From the NCBI GenBank assembly GCA_963772835.1, contig CAVYYZ010000011.1, positions 192,001-256,000 on the forward strand: a stretch of DNA of 64,000 bases. Reading direction: 5' to 3'. Below, piece by piece: positions 1 through 9,313 of the stretch (the first letter of the stretch is position 1; each line of letters begins with the position of its first letter). The notes under the pieces were generated by a model. The model was not told where the DNA came from and made no database searches. It worked only from the letters and a program-made list of their open reading frames with translations. The position numbers and the translations under genes were made by a program. The DNA is from an uncultured delta proteobacterium. Its GTDB lineage: Bacteria > Desulfobacterota > Desulfuromonadia > Geobacterales > Pseudopelobacteraceae.

Positions 1-75
1 TTGTCGTTTCGAGTGGAGTCCGCTGGGGATCAGCAGGTGTGATTTCGTTTTTTATCTGGGTTATTGGTATGTTAA

Positions 76-1161
76 ATGCTTGAATTAGTGCCGGTACGTA
101 AATCAGTAAACCATACTCTGCTCATTGTGACTTTTTGGGTGTTAAACGCATCCCTGTTCCTGTCGGGGTGCACCTCTGCCAGACTCGATGATGCGGCCTG
201 GCAGGATCAGCGTTTGAGTGCCGTGTGGCCCCAGTCTCCCGAAAAAGGCAGGATCAGGATACAGCAGGTCATACGTGGGCCGCAGGATGTTATAGACGCC
301 TCATCAGGAGTTGTCAGAAAGATATTTGATTACATTTCCGGCTATAAAGAAGAATACATCAGTTTTTATACCCCGCAGTGTATTGCGGCAGACGGCAACG
401 GAGTGATGTATGTTGCCGATCCATCGATAGGAATTGTTCATAAATATAATCTAGCCGCCAAAGATGTGCAGTATATTGTTCAGGCGGGTGATAAAAGGCT
501 CGCCAGTCCGGTTGGCGTGGCTCTTGACGGAGAAAATAATCTTTACGTTACCGATGCGCAACTTGCGGCTATATTCAAGTTCAGTCCGGACGGTACATTT
601 CTAAGCCGGCTTGACGGCAAGGGTCACCTGCTTCGCCCTGCCGGCATCGCTGTGAAAAGTAACGGGGACAAACTGGTTGCCGACGCTCTGGCGAATAAGG
701 TTTTTATCTTTGGGAAAGATGATATCTTCAAGGGTGAACTTGGCGGATCCGATTTTACGGAGTCATTTAACCGACCGACATATCTTGCAGTAGACAGGCT
801 GGATAATGTGTATGTCAGCGATACAATGAACTTCACCGTCAGAGTGTTTGACTCACAGGGCAGATATATCAGGAGTCAGGGACAGATCGGGGATGTGCCC
901 GGTTCGTTTGCCCGTCCCAAGGGCGTGGCTCTGGACAGTGACCAGAATCTCTATGTAATTGATTCGATTTTCGGTAACTTCCAGATATTCGATCAGACGG
1001 GTCATCTGCTGCTGTATGTCGGTCAGGAAGGTACGTTACCCGGCGAATTCATGCTTCCAAGCGGGATATTTATTGACCGGAATGACCGGATCTATATTTC
1101 CGATACGTTCAATAACCGTATTCAGATTTATCAGTATTTGAAAGAGAAGGTGCACAAATGA
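76..1161 (+). CDS. NHL-repeat (6-bladed beta-propeller) lipoprotein
   Basis: Lipobox LSGC. Repeated NHL blades (PVGVALDGENNLYVTD, PKGVALDSDQNLYVID, PSGIFIDRNDRIYISD). Stop overlaps the next start (ATGA). True start may be further downstream. Confidence 0.9.
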   Translation: MLELVPVRKSVNHTLLIVTFWVLNASLFLSGCTSARLDDAAWQDQRLSAVWPQSPEKGRIRIQQVIRGPQDVIDASSGVVRKIFDYISGYKEEYISFYTPQCIAADGNGVMYVADPSIGIVHKYNLAAKDVQYIVQAGDKRLASPVGVALDGENNLYVTDAQLAAIFKFSPDGTFLSRLDGKGHLLRPAGIAVKSNGDKLVADALANKVFIFGKDDIFKGELGGSDFTESFNRPTYLAVDRLDNVYVSDTMNFTVRVFDSQGRYIRSQGQIGDVPGSFARPKGVALDSDQNLYVIDSIFGNFQIFDQTGHLLLYVGQEGTLPGEFMLPSGIFIDRNDRIYISDTFNNRIQIYQYLKEKVHK

Positions 1162-2060
1162 AGAAACAGCTTCGCCCCCTATTGATAGTGCTGTCGGTGG
1201 CACTGACGCTTGTAATGTCGGTGGTATATCAGGCGCGAGCGCTTGGTGATAAAGTATCTGAACCTGGAAACAGACATAATCTGTCGGCCTCCAATACCAT
1301 TCCGGGGTTTCTGTACAAGGCGACCAATGACCCGGCAAACAACCCCCGTGGTCAGCAGATATGTGTTTTCTGCCATACTCCGCACAGCGCCAATGTTGTC
1401 GGGCAGGCCCCTCTCTGGAACCGGAACTTTTCAAATGAAACCTTTCAGCGCTACACTTCGCTTACGCTTCATATCCGTAATATTGCCAATGCGCAATATG
1501 GCGCCGGCGCCAAGCCGAATGGCTCCACCAGGCTCTGCCTTAGCTGCCATGACGGCGTTTCAAGACTGGGTGCGGTGTATAACGGGTCTGAGATAACCAT
1601 GGTAAAGGATGTTATTGATGGACTCGCCTCATTTAATCCATCGACAAATAAAATGCTGACCGGGCATCATCCCGTATCATTCGTCTATCTGACAGGGTTT
1701 AATGTGGGGAGCCAAACCGGCGTTGCCCATCCGGAACTCCCGGCTACCTATAGATTTATGCCGCAATCGAGCGCGGGAAAAGTGAAGTTGTATGACACCA
1801 ACAGAAACGGTAACGGCTGGATGCAATGTACCACGTGCCATGATCCCCACCAGAATCAGTCTGTTGAGGCCGGACCGGGCACCTGCTACGACGCAGTGGG
1901 CATACCGGGCGCCTGTGATACTTCAACCTTTACAAGGAAAATTGCTCCGTTCTGGATTTATCACGGCACAAACACTACTGCATCTCAAGATACCGGGACA
2001 GTATGCAAGGTGTGCCACGCAGTGGCTGCCCCCGGACCGGCTCGATCTCCATGGCTATAG
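1158..2060 (+). CDS. Exported tetraheme c-type cytochrome, OmcE-like
   Basis: Signal peptide and 4 CxxCH (CVFCH, CLSCH, CTTCH, CKVCH). The motif order HNLS..QICVFCHTPH..PLWNR..CLSCHDG..HPV..CxxCHxPH..CxxCH matches my recollection of Geobacter OmcE. Confidence 0.85.
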   Translation: MKKQLRPLLIVLSVALTLVMSVVYQARALGDKVSEPGNRHNLSASNTIPGFLYKATNDPANNPRGQQICVFCHTPHSANVVGQAPLWNRNFSNETFQRYTSLTLHIRNIANAQYGAGAKPNGSTRLCLSCHDGVSRLGAVYNGSEITMVKDVIDGLASFNPSTNKMLTGHHPVSFVYLTGFNVGSQTGVAHPELPATYRFMPQSSAGKVKLYDTNRNGNGWMQCTTCHDPHQNQSVEAGPGTCYDAVGIPGACDTSTFTRKIAPFWIYHGTNTTASQDTGTVCKVCHAVAAPGPARSPWL

Positions 2061-2096
2061 CGGGCTTATTACGACCAGAATAAGTATGGGATACCT

Positions 2097-3164
2097 ATGA
2101 AATTTAAATCATTTTTAGTCAGTGCATGTTTCAGTTTGTGTGTCCTCACACTGGCTCCCGCTGTTTTTGCTGCGACCCACCTTGATGAAAAATATATCAA
2201 GACCGGTTGCGCCGCCTGTCACCTTGGCTTCGATTTTAAATATGGCGGGGGGGTCCGTCGCTGCCTTCTCTGTCACGGTCCTGACTACAGATCTATGACC
2301 GGCATTACAGCTTCGGGCGCCGCACCACGGAATATTGTCCCGGATCTTGAAAAAAACTATTCTCATCCAGTAAAAAAGAGCGCCGGAAAGCACTCCGCCC
2401 GGGAAATACTGCCCGAGATTGATCAGAACGCTCCGCGCCACTCCGATTGTACCGATTGCCATAAACCGCATTCGTCGAGTTATGATGCTCCTTTCGCTGG
2501 AATATCAGGCAAGAAGGTCGGAAATATTACCACCCAAATCACCAAAGAGTATGAGCTTTGTTACCTCTGTCATTCCGACAGCGCCAACCTTCCCGTTAAA
2601 GCAACCAACAAACGGGTTGAGTTTTCAATAAACAATCCTTCCTTCCACCCGATAGAAGGTGAAGGGAAAAATCAGTCTGTCATCAGCCTTATCCGGCCTT
2701 ACCGTGAAAAGAAAAGCTCACCAAGTGACGTTTCGGTACTGAAATGTGCAGACTGCCACGGCAGTGACGACGCAAGTTCGCCGCGTGGACCGCACGGCTC
2801 CAAATATCAGGGGCTGCTCACGGACAATTATTCGACCGGTGATAATATTGCTGAAAGCAGCTTTGCATACGGGATCTGTTATAAATGCCACAAAAGATCA
2901 AGCATCCTGGGCAATGAAAGTTTTATCTCTCATTCACGGCACATCACCGGTGAACGTAGCTTCAAGGGAGGAGGAACGTCGTGTTACACCTGCCACTCGT
3001 CACACGGAAGTGTGGAAAACCGGTATCTGATCCGGTTTAACCGTGAGTTTGTATCCGAAAGTTCAACTGGAAAACTTAAGTTTGTCGAAAAAGGTACCTA
3101 TTCATTTCATGGAGAGTGCTGGCTGACATGCCACGGTGTTGATCACAATCCGAAGACATACTGA
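2097..3164 (+). CDS. Exported multiheme c-type cytochrome (7 CxxCH + 1 CxxxCH)
   Basis: Signal peptide ending AVFA. Motifs CAACH, CLLCH, CTDCH, CYLCH, CADCH, CYKCH, CYTCH and terminal CWLTCH. Confidence 0.92.
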   Translation: MKFKSFLVSACFSLCVLTLAPAVFAATHLDEKYIKTGCAACHLGFDFKYGGGVRRCLLCHGPDYRSMTGITASGAAPRNIVPDLEKNYSHPVKKSAGKHSAREILPEIDQNAPRHSDCTDCHKPHSSSYDAPFAGISGKKVGNITTQITKEYELCYLCHSDSANLPVKATNKRVEFSINNPSFHPIEGEGKNQSVISLIRPYREKKSSPSDVSVLKCADCHGSDDASSPRGPHGSKYQGLLTDNYSTGDNIAESSFAYGICYKCHKRSSILGNESFISHSRHITGERSFKGGGTSCYTCHSSHGSVENRYLIRFNREFVSESSTGKLKFVEKGTYSFHGECWLTCHGVDHNPKTY

Positions 3165-3179
3165 CAGGAATAAGTATAT

Positions 3180-3632
3180 ATGCGAAATAAAACACGTAAC
3201 ATAATTACCAAGACTTTGATTATGCTGTTATTTTCCAGTGGCGTATACGCTGCGGAAAATGTAACTGTCAGTCCGCATTCTGACGAGGGTGATTGCGGGA
3301 TTTGCCATGTCGCACCGGCAGCAAAGCTGCGCAGCTGGTTTACATTCGGCAGTACAAAAAGGGAACTGAAATATGACCTGAACCAGGTGTGTCTCACATG
3401 CCACACAGTCGAACCTACTCATGCGGGTGGTTTTTTTGGGGTCGGCATCGGCCATGGAACCGGAAAAAAACCTGCTGTTAACCGTCAAGAACTTCCGCTT
3501 GCCGGTGACGGCACAATCACGTGTGCCACCACATGTCATAATATACATGTTGCTTCTGATGACAGGCAATTGCAGCGCAAACGCCTGAGAGCACCTGTCA
3601 ACACATTGTGTCTGTCCTGTCATGATAAGTAG
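3180..3632 (+). CDS. Small exported multiheme cytochrome c (3 CxxCH + 1 CxxxCH)
   Basis: Signal peptide ending VYA. Motifs CGICH, CLTCH, CATTCH, CLSCH. Confidence 0.9.
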   Translation: MRNKTRNIITKTLIMLLFSSGVYAAENVTVSPHSDEGDCGICHVAPAAKLRSWFTFGSTKRELKYDLNQVCLTCHTVEPTHAGGFFGVGIGHGTGKKPAVNRQELPLAGDGTITCATTCHNIHVASDDRQLQRKRLRAPVNTLCLSCHDK

Positions 3633-3663
3633 CAATCCATTCTGCACATAATATGTTGAATTT

Positions 3664-3692
3664 AAAGCCACAGGCACCCTGCCGGTGGTTTT
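3664..3692 (+). terminator. Hairpin with T-tail between the cytochrome genes and gspF
   Basis: aaagccac-a-ggca-ccc-tgcc-g-gtggtttt followed by T-rich sequence. Confidence 0.5.
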
Positions 3693-3733
3693 ATATTTTT
3701 ATATTTTGCCATTTATGATATCAAATAAAGGCT

Positions 3734-4942
3734 ATGGCGCTTTATTCCTGTAAAATCGGTGCATCAGACGGTAAAATTCTCATCAGAGATTTTGAGGCCG
3801 CAGACAGTAATGTTTTGCGAAAAAATCTGGAGGATCAGGGCTATTTTGTCTTTGAAGTCAAAAAGAAGCCGTTTCAGTTTCTTTTCGATAAGGGAATCAG
3901 GCGCAAAAAGGTTGATAACCGTGCTCTTTTGACATTTAATCAGGAAATGCTCGTGCTGATTAAGGCTGGAATGCCGATCATGCAGGTTCTTGATGCAATT
4001 CTGGAACGCCACGATTCCGGACCGTTATACGAGATTCTGGTGCAGGTGCGTGAAGATGTAAAAGCCGGCGCCTCATTATCGGTTGCTATGGAAAAACACG
4101 GGCGGGCTTTCCCCCATCTTTATGTTGCCTCAATCCGTGCAGGTGAGCGGACCGGTGATCTCCCCCAGACAATCCGCCGCTACATTGAATATTTGAAAAG
4201 GGTTGGTACTCTCAGGAAAAAAATAGTGGCCGCTGTATTTTATCCGGCCATCCTTGTTGTTTTTGCCTTTCTTGCGGTTATACTTCTGCTGGTGTATGTC
4301 GTGCCTACCTTTAGTCAGGTGTACACCGATTCAGGGTCGCACCTTCCTGTCCTGACACAGTTATTAATTTCATTTACTTCGTTTCTCAGGCGCTATTTTG
4401 TTTTCGGGGTCATAGGTTGTGGCGCCCTGCTTGCAGCATTCAGATCATGGAAAAATACCGAAGCGGGCAGGTACGCACTCGATCGCTTTATGCTGACCGT
4501 ACCGGTGGTCGGAGACGTTATCAGCAAGTATTCAGTTTCGGCTTTCACTCGCACACTGGCAACTGTCCTCGGCAGCGGCATACCGATCATTGAATCACTG
4601 CGCATGTCGATCGGAACTTTGAACAACGTCTTCATGGAAAAACGCCTTTTCGAAGCGGTCCGTTATGTTGAAGAGGGTGGACGGCTCTCGGTTGCACTTG
4701 AACGTATTCATATCATGCCTCCGCTGGCATTGCGCATGCTGGGCGTAGGGGAAACAACCGGGGCTCTCGAAGATATGCTGATTGATATTTCTAATTATCT
4801 GGAAGATGAACTCGAAGAGCGGATGCATCTGTTGACTACCTCAATTGAACCGGCCATCATGCTTGTTATGGGGGTCGTTATCGGTACAATTATTATTGCT
4901 ATGTATCTTCCGATTTTCAAACTTGGCAGCACGGTAGGATAA
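3734..4942 (+). CDS. gspF: Type II secretion/T4P inner-membrane platform protein (GspF/PilC family)
   Basis: Two T2SSF domains (GERTGDL, GETTGAL) and the C-terminal IEPAIM...AMYLPIF signature. Confidence 0.93.
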   Translation: MALYSCKIGASDGKILIRDFEAADSNVLRKNLEDQGYFVFEVKKKPFQFLFDKGIRRKKVDNRALLTFNQEMLVLIKAGMPIMQVLDAILERHDSGPLYEILVQVREDVKAGASLSVAMEKHGRAFPHLYVASIRAGERTGDLPQTIRRYIEYLKRVGTLRKKIVAAVFYPAILVVFAFLAVILLLVYVVPTFSQVYTDSGSHLPVLTQLLISFTSFLRRYFVFGVIGCGALLAAFRSWKNTEAGRYALDRFMLTVPVVGDVISKYSVSAFTRTLATVLGSGIPIIESLRMSIGTLNNVFMEKRLFEAVRYVEEGGRLSVALERIHIMPPLALRMLGVGETTGALEDMLIDISNYLEDELEERMHLLTTSIEPAIMLVMGVVIGTIIIAMYLPIFKLGSTVG

Positions 4943-4948
4943 AATACG

Positions 4949-6667
4949 ATGAAGTCATTCAAAAGAAAAAATATCGGCACAATACTGATTGAGCGGGGAA
5001 ACCTGAAGCCCGATCAGATACCGACCATTGTTGATAAGCAAGCCACAACCCGGATGCGTTTTGGTGAAATTGCCATTCACGAAGGTTTTGTTACAGAAGA
5101 AGACCTGGCTCAAGCCCTGGCGGAGCAGTTCAGTCTTGAATATATAGATCTGCGTAATTTCAAAATGGACTCTGAACTGCTCAACCAATTGCCGCCCGAT
5201 GCAATTTACCGTTTCCATTTCGTACCGCTGGAAATGGAGTTGCATTCAATCGTTGTCGCAGTGACTGACCCGACCGACGTTTTTAAATTCGATGAACTTG
5301 AGTTGCTGCTTAACCGCAAGGTTCAGATCCGGATTGCGTCCGAATCTGCTATCGCATCGGTAACTAAAGCCGGTGAGGGAACGCGCCGTGTACTGCGCGA
5401 GGTCTCTGAAGATTTTATGCTCCAGTTGGTCAAGGAAACCGACCGGGGTGAAGAGGTACTGTCAGTCGAGACGCTGTCAGATGATACGAGCCCGATAATC
5501 AAACTGATAAATACGACTATTCTGGACGCTCTCAATCGCAGAGCGAGCGATATCCATATTGAAACAGGTCTTGACGGAGTTGATATCAAGTATCGCATTG
5601 ACGGGGTGCTGTATAAAGCGAACGATACAATTGATCAGCATTTTCAGGCTCCGATAATTTCACGGCTCAAAGTTATGAGTGAGCTTGATATTTCTGAGCG
5701 GCGCGTTCCTCAGGACGGCCGCTTTAAAATTCGCTTTGGTGAAAAATCAATCGACTTTCGGGTTTCGATTATGCCAAGTTCTATGGGAGAAGATGCCGTC
5801 ATCCGTATTCTCGATAAGGAGAGCATCGCAAGCGATCTTAAGGGGCTGACACTTGAAAATCTTGGCATCAGCGGCCGGGAGATCAAACGCCTCAGGAAAA
5901 AAATTCGCGAACCTTATGGCATGGTACTGGTGACAGGTCCTACCGGCTCAGGTAAAACAACAACTCTTTACGCGGCGTTGACCGAGATTCATACCGGAGA
6001 GGATAAGATCATCACGATTGAAGATCCCGTTGAATACATGCTGCGAGGAGTACTGCAGATACCTGTTAATGAAAAAAAAGGGCTGACTTTTGCCAAGGGT
6101 TTGCGCTCAATACTGCGCCATGACCCGGATAAGATCATGGTCGGAGAAATACGTGATTCTGAGACAGCACAAATTGCTGTCCAGTCGGCTCTGACCGGAC
6201 ATCTGGTATTTACGACGGTTCATGCCAACAATGTATTTGATGTTATCGGCCGTTTTATTCATATGGGCATTGATCCCTATAATTTTGTCTCATGCCTTAA
6301 CTGCGTTCTTGCACAGCGTCTGGTGAGAAAAGTCTGTATTGCGTGCCGCCGCCCTGTACAGTACAGCGATGAGCAGTTGATCGACGGCGGTGTTGATCCG
6401 GAGCGTTTTCGGGGGATGACGCTGTATGAGTCGCATGGATGCCCCGAGTGTCACGGTACGGGCTATAAAGGCCGCGTTGCAATCGTCGAGCTTCTGGAGC
6501 TGAATGACCAGATCCGGGATCTCATCATTGCCAAAGTCCCCGCGACTCAGTTGAAACAGGCCGCCCGGGATGCAGGTGTCATGTTTTTGCGGGATTCAGC
6601 CGAAGAGAAACTGGCTTCAGGTATAACGACACTCAAGGAGATAAACCGCGTCACGTTTGTTGAATGA
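4949..6667 (+). CDS. gspE: Type II secretion/T4P assembly ATPase (GspE/PilB) with N-terminal MshEN-like domain
   Basis: ASDIHIE, Walker A GPTGSGKTT, TIEDPVE, RHDPDKIMVGEIRD, Zn motif CxxC..CxxC. N-terminal RFGEIAIHEGFVTEEDLAQALAEQ. Confidence 0.95.
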   Translation: MKSFKRKNIGTILIERGNLKPDQIPTIVDKQATTRMRFGEIAIHEGFVTEEDLAQALAEQFSLEYIDLRNFKMDSELLNQLPPDAIYRFHFVPLEMELHSIVVAVTDPTDVFKFDELELLLNRKVQIRIASESAIASVTKAGEGTRRVLREVSEDFMLQLVKETDRGEEVLSVETLSDDTSPIIKLINTTILDALNRRASDIHIETGLDGVDIKYRIDGVLYKANDTIDQHFQAPIISRLKVMSELDISERRVPQDGRFKIRFGEKSIDFRVSIMPSSMGEDAVIRILDKESIASDLKGLTLENLGISGREIKRLRKKIREPYGMVLVTGPTGSGKTTTLYAALTEIHTGEDKIITIEDPVEYMLRGVLQIPVNEKKGLTFAKGLRSILRHDPDKIMVGEIRDSETAQIAVQSALTGHLVFTTVHANNVFDVIGRFIHMGIDPYNFVSCLNCVLAQRLVRKVCIACRRPVQYSDEQLIDGGVDPERFRGMTLYESHGCPECHGTGYKGRVAIVELLELNDQIRDLIIAKVPATQLKQAARDAGVMFLRDSAEEKLASGITTLKEINRVTFVE

Positions 6668-7611
6668 CCGGAACAGAACACGCCATGTTGTTTACCAGTA
6701 ATATAATCGGAGTTGAAATAAGTCAGCACGGAGTTGTGTGCGCCTTGACAGGCGGTTCTGCCGCCGCTCCATGTGTCGAGCGGGTAGCCAGCGCTGCCTT
6801 CCCCTCACAGACGTTGCAGCATTCTCTGCGTGATCAGAATATCCTTGATCCAGACGCATTCGTTGCAGGATTGAAATCAGCCCATAATCTTTTGCTGTGC
6901 CGCTCGCAGAGGGTAACTGTTTCCCTTCCTGACTCGACATGCAGGATCATTCTGCTCGATCACGAAGGACGTTTCAAGAGTCGTGCTGAGGCTCTGGACC
7001 TGATCCGCTGGAAGCTGAAGAAAAGCATACCGCTTGATACCTCCGATACCAAACTTGATTATCAGCAGTTGGCGGTTCGAGAGAATGGCGATCTGGCACT
7101 CTTGGTTGCCATTGCATCGCGTACGGTTATTTCCCAATACGAAGATCTGATTTCCAAAGCGGGGCTTTCTCCCGCACGTATTGATTGTAATACGTTTAAT
7201 ATATGCCGCCTTTTTGATCGGCGTCTTTCGCTTCAGGATGATTGCATTCTGATTTCTTTTTACAGCGGGACCTTGTCGATCGTTGCCTTTGCACAGGGAA
7301 TTCCTGAGTTTATACGCACCAAGGATCTTTCAGGCACATCAGCTACTGACAACAGGGTGTATATGGAGATAAACAGTTCTCTACTGGTGTATAAAGAACG
7401 TTATCCCGCACGGATAGTGCAAACAGTCTTTTGTGTGGCGTCACCTGACATTGCACAGAATTTCCAGGAGATGATCGCAGAAGCCACCGGCGTGACGCCG
7501 GTTCTGCTTGAGGCGAAAAGTGCCGTAATACCGGGGAATAACGCACCGGGAGATCAGATGCGGCTATTCCCCTATACTGCTGCCATTGGTGCGGCTCTGA
7601 GGAGTGTTTGA
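6664..7611 (+). CDS. pilM: PilM-like actin-fold assembly protein
   Basis: N-terminal IGVEIS, C-terminal YTAAIGAALR, and position between the ATPase and the PilN-like gene. Confidence 0.8.
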   Translation: MTGTEHAMLFTSNIIGVEISQHGVVCALTGGSAAAPCVERVASAAFPSQTLQHSLRDQNILDPDAFVAGLKSAHNLLLCRSQRVTVSLPDSTCRIILLDHEGRFKSRAEALDLIRWKLKKSIPLDTSDTKLDYQQLAVRENGDLALLVAIASRTVISQYEDLISKAGLSPARIDCNTFNICRLFDRRLSLQDDCILISFYSGTLSIVAFAQGIPEFIRTKDLSGTSATDNRVYMEINSSLLVYKERYPARIVQTVFCVASPDIAQNFQEMIAEATGVTPVLLEAKSAVIPGNNAPGDQMRLFPYTAAIGAALRSV

Positions 7612-8147
7612 TGCGTTTCACTATTAATCTTGCGACACGCACCTTCCTTGACCATCGTCTGATCAACAGGGTTGCGTATGGGATCATAGCGGTACTGGTC
7701 GTCATTGCAGGATGGAATGTCAGTCGTATGTCTTCAAATATGGGCGAACAGCATCGTCTGAACTCTGAAATATCTGCAATTCAGAGCAGGCTCGGGGTTA
7801 AGCCGAACGGCATTTCTGAAGTCGATTCCAGTCGTCAGAAGGATCGCATACGCTTCTATAATGAAATTATTGCACGTAAAAGTACTAACTGGCTGCATCT
7901 GCTGGAACTGTTCGAAAACACCACTCCGGATGGAATAGCATTGTCAATGCTCTCGCCTGAAAAAAACATGGAAGATTGGAAACTGGAGGGGCGCGCCAGA
8001 TCCTTTAAAGTATTACAGCAATACTTTGAAAAGTTGGAGGCCTCTAAAAACTTTTCAAATGTTCTGCTGTTATCCCATCAGAATCTGGTAACAGGCGAAA
8101 AAAGGCTCGGGGTTCAATTTACGATCTCCTGCAGGGTAATAAAGTGA
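7608..8147 (+). CDS. pilN: PilN-like bitopic assembly protein
   Basis: N-terminal INLA motif, one TM segment, coiled coil and a C-terminal ferredoxin-like region. Confidence 0.8.
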   Translation: MMRFTINLATRTFLDHRLINRVAYGIIAVLVVIAGWNVSRMSSNMGEQHRLNSEISAIQSRLGVKPNGISEVDSSRQKDRIRFYNEIIARKSTNWLHLLELFENTTPDGIALSMLSPEKNMEDWKLEGRARSFKVLQQYFEKLEASKNFSNVLLLSHQNLVTGEKRLGVQFTISCRVIK

Positions 8148-8692
8148 TAAAACAGTATGTATTTGAAATATTCCGTCAGAAACGACGCATTCTGAGCATC
8201 ATTCTGACCCTGCTGCTCTTCAATTTCATCATAAGTGCAGTAGTATCCGTTTACCAGCGTCCTTTATTGACAGGCCTGCAAACAAATTGGAGCGATCTGC
8301 GCCGGAAGGCAGCCACTGCCGGGAAATTCGATGCCACGACCCTCTATCAGCAGGGTGCTGTTGATCTTGAAAAGCTGAAAGAGATAATTCCTGAAAAAAG
8401 GCAATTTGCCAGAATATTGAGTGATTTACTTGAAGCAGCAGCATCCAACGCGGTAGAGGTAGGCGCAATCAGCTATAAGCCTTTGCAGGTCAAGGGAGAA
8501 AACCTGCTAAGCTACCAATTGTCGTTTTCTGTTAATGGCGGATATGCTGCAGTAAAAAGTTATCTCGCTGATCTACAGAATAATCCGGAATTAATAGTTG
8601 TCGATACGGTGGTTTTTTCCAATAGGGATCTTTTTGTTGAAAGTGTTGCCATGGATCTGCACATTACGGTCTATCTCCGGGAGGGTGTATGA
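8144..8692 (+). CDS. pilO: PilO-like bitopic assembly protein
   Basis: One TM segment, coiled coil and VNGGYAAVKSYLADL (PilO/GspM-type motif). Confidence 0.8.
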   Translation: MIKQYVFEIFRQKRRILSIILTLLLFNFIISAVVSVYQRPLLTGLQTNWSDLRRKAATAGKFDATTLYQQGAVDLEKLKEIIPEKRQFARILSDLLEAAASNAVEVGAISYKPLQVKGENLLSYQLSFSVNGGYAAVKSYLADLQNNPELIVVDTVVFSNRDLFVESVAMDLHITVYLREGV

Positions 8693-9279
8693 ATCGTAAG
8701 CGGCTGATTCTGTTCATCCTGGTGATACTTTTTGTTATTTCAGTAATCTGGAGCTACAATGCGGTTCCGCGCCCAAAAACGATCGGCACATTGACTTTTA
8801 AGCCGGGTCAGCAGGCAAATCCGGTGGTTGCTGTTGTTAATAAGTCCGCCCGTGAAACGGACGAGGGAACCAGGCTTAATCTCAGCCTGCTTGATACGAA
8901 AGCGACCGGTTTCAAGGGATATCGTCGTAATATTTTTAAACCTGTTTTTGCCGATGAGACGAAAATAGTCAGGCAACAGGCTGTTGCGTTCAAACCGCCT
9001 CCACCAAAAGCAACCCCGCCTCCGGTTGCGCAGGTGATAATTCAACCTGAAACAGCTCCGCTGGCGCGCTTCACGTTTCTTGGCTTTTTAAAAAAGGGGT
9101 CGGTCAAGACTATATTTTTAGCTAAAGACAAGGATATTCTGCTAGTCAAAAAAGGGGACAAAGTTGCCGGTCGATATGAAGCGGTCGATATTACTGATCA
9201 GGCATTAACGCTGACGGTCACCGATACGGGTGACGAAATTGTCATTCCATTAATTGAAAACCGGCCGTTAGCCAAGTAA
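8689..9279 (+). CDS. PilP/GspC-like accessory protein
   Basis: N-terminal TM, RNIF motif, Pro-rich linker and a C-terminal FLG...VKKGD..GRYEAVDI beta domain. Lies just before the secretin. Confidence 0.65.
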   Translation: MNRKRLILFILVILFVISVIWSYNAVPRPKTIGTLTFKPGQQANPVVAVVNKSARETDEGTRLNLSLLDTKATGFKGYRRNIFKPVFADETKIVRQQAVAFKPPPPKATPPPVAQVIIQPETAPLARFTFLGFLKKGSVKTIFLAKDKDILLVKKGDKVAGRYEAVDITDQALTLTVTDTGDEIVIPLIENRPLAK

Positions 9280-9313
9280 CAATAATCAACACTATTCCGA
9301 GGAGACGCACTCA

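Noticed and set aside
50..77. Possible dif site (GTATGTTAAAT resembles the XerD arm)
   Set aside because: No XerC-like arm at the 6-bp spacing, and KOPS polarity points away from it.
3162..3182. Selenocysteine or readthrough fusion of the two in-frame cytochromes at TGA 3162
   Set aside because: An in-frame TAA follows three codons later, and the second gene has its own signal peptide.
3661..3695. GEMM-I (c-di-GMP/cGAMP) riboswitch suggested by AAAGCCACAGG
   Set aside because: The upstream GNRA-tetraloop stem and the rest of the two-stem aptamer are not visible. Only a simple hairpin is supported.
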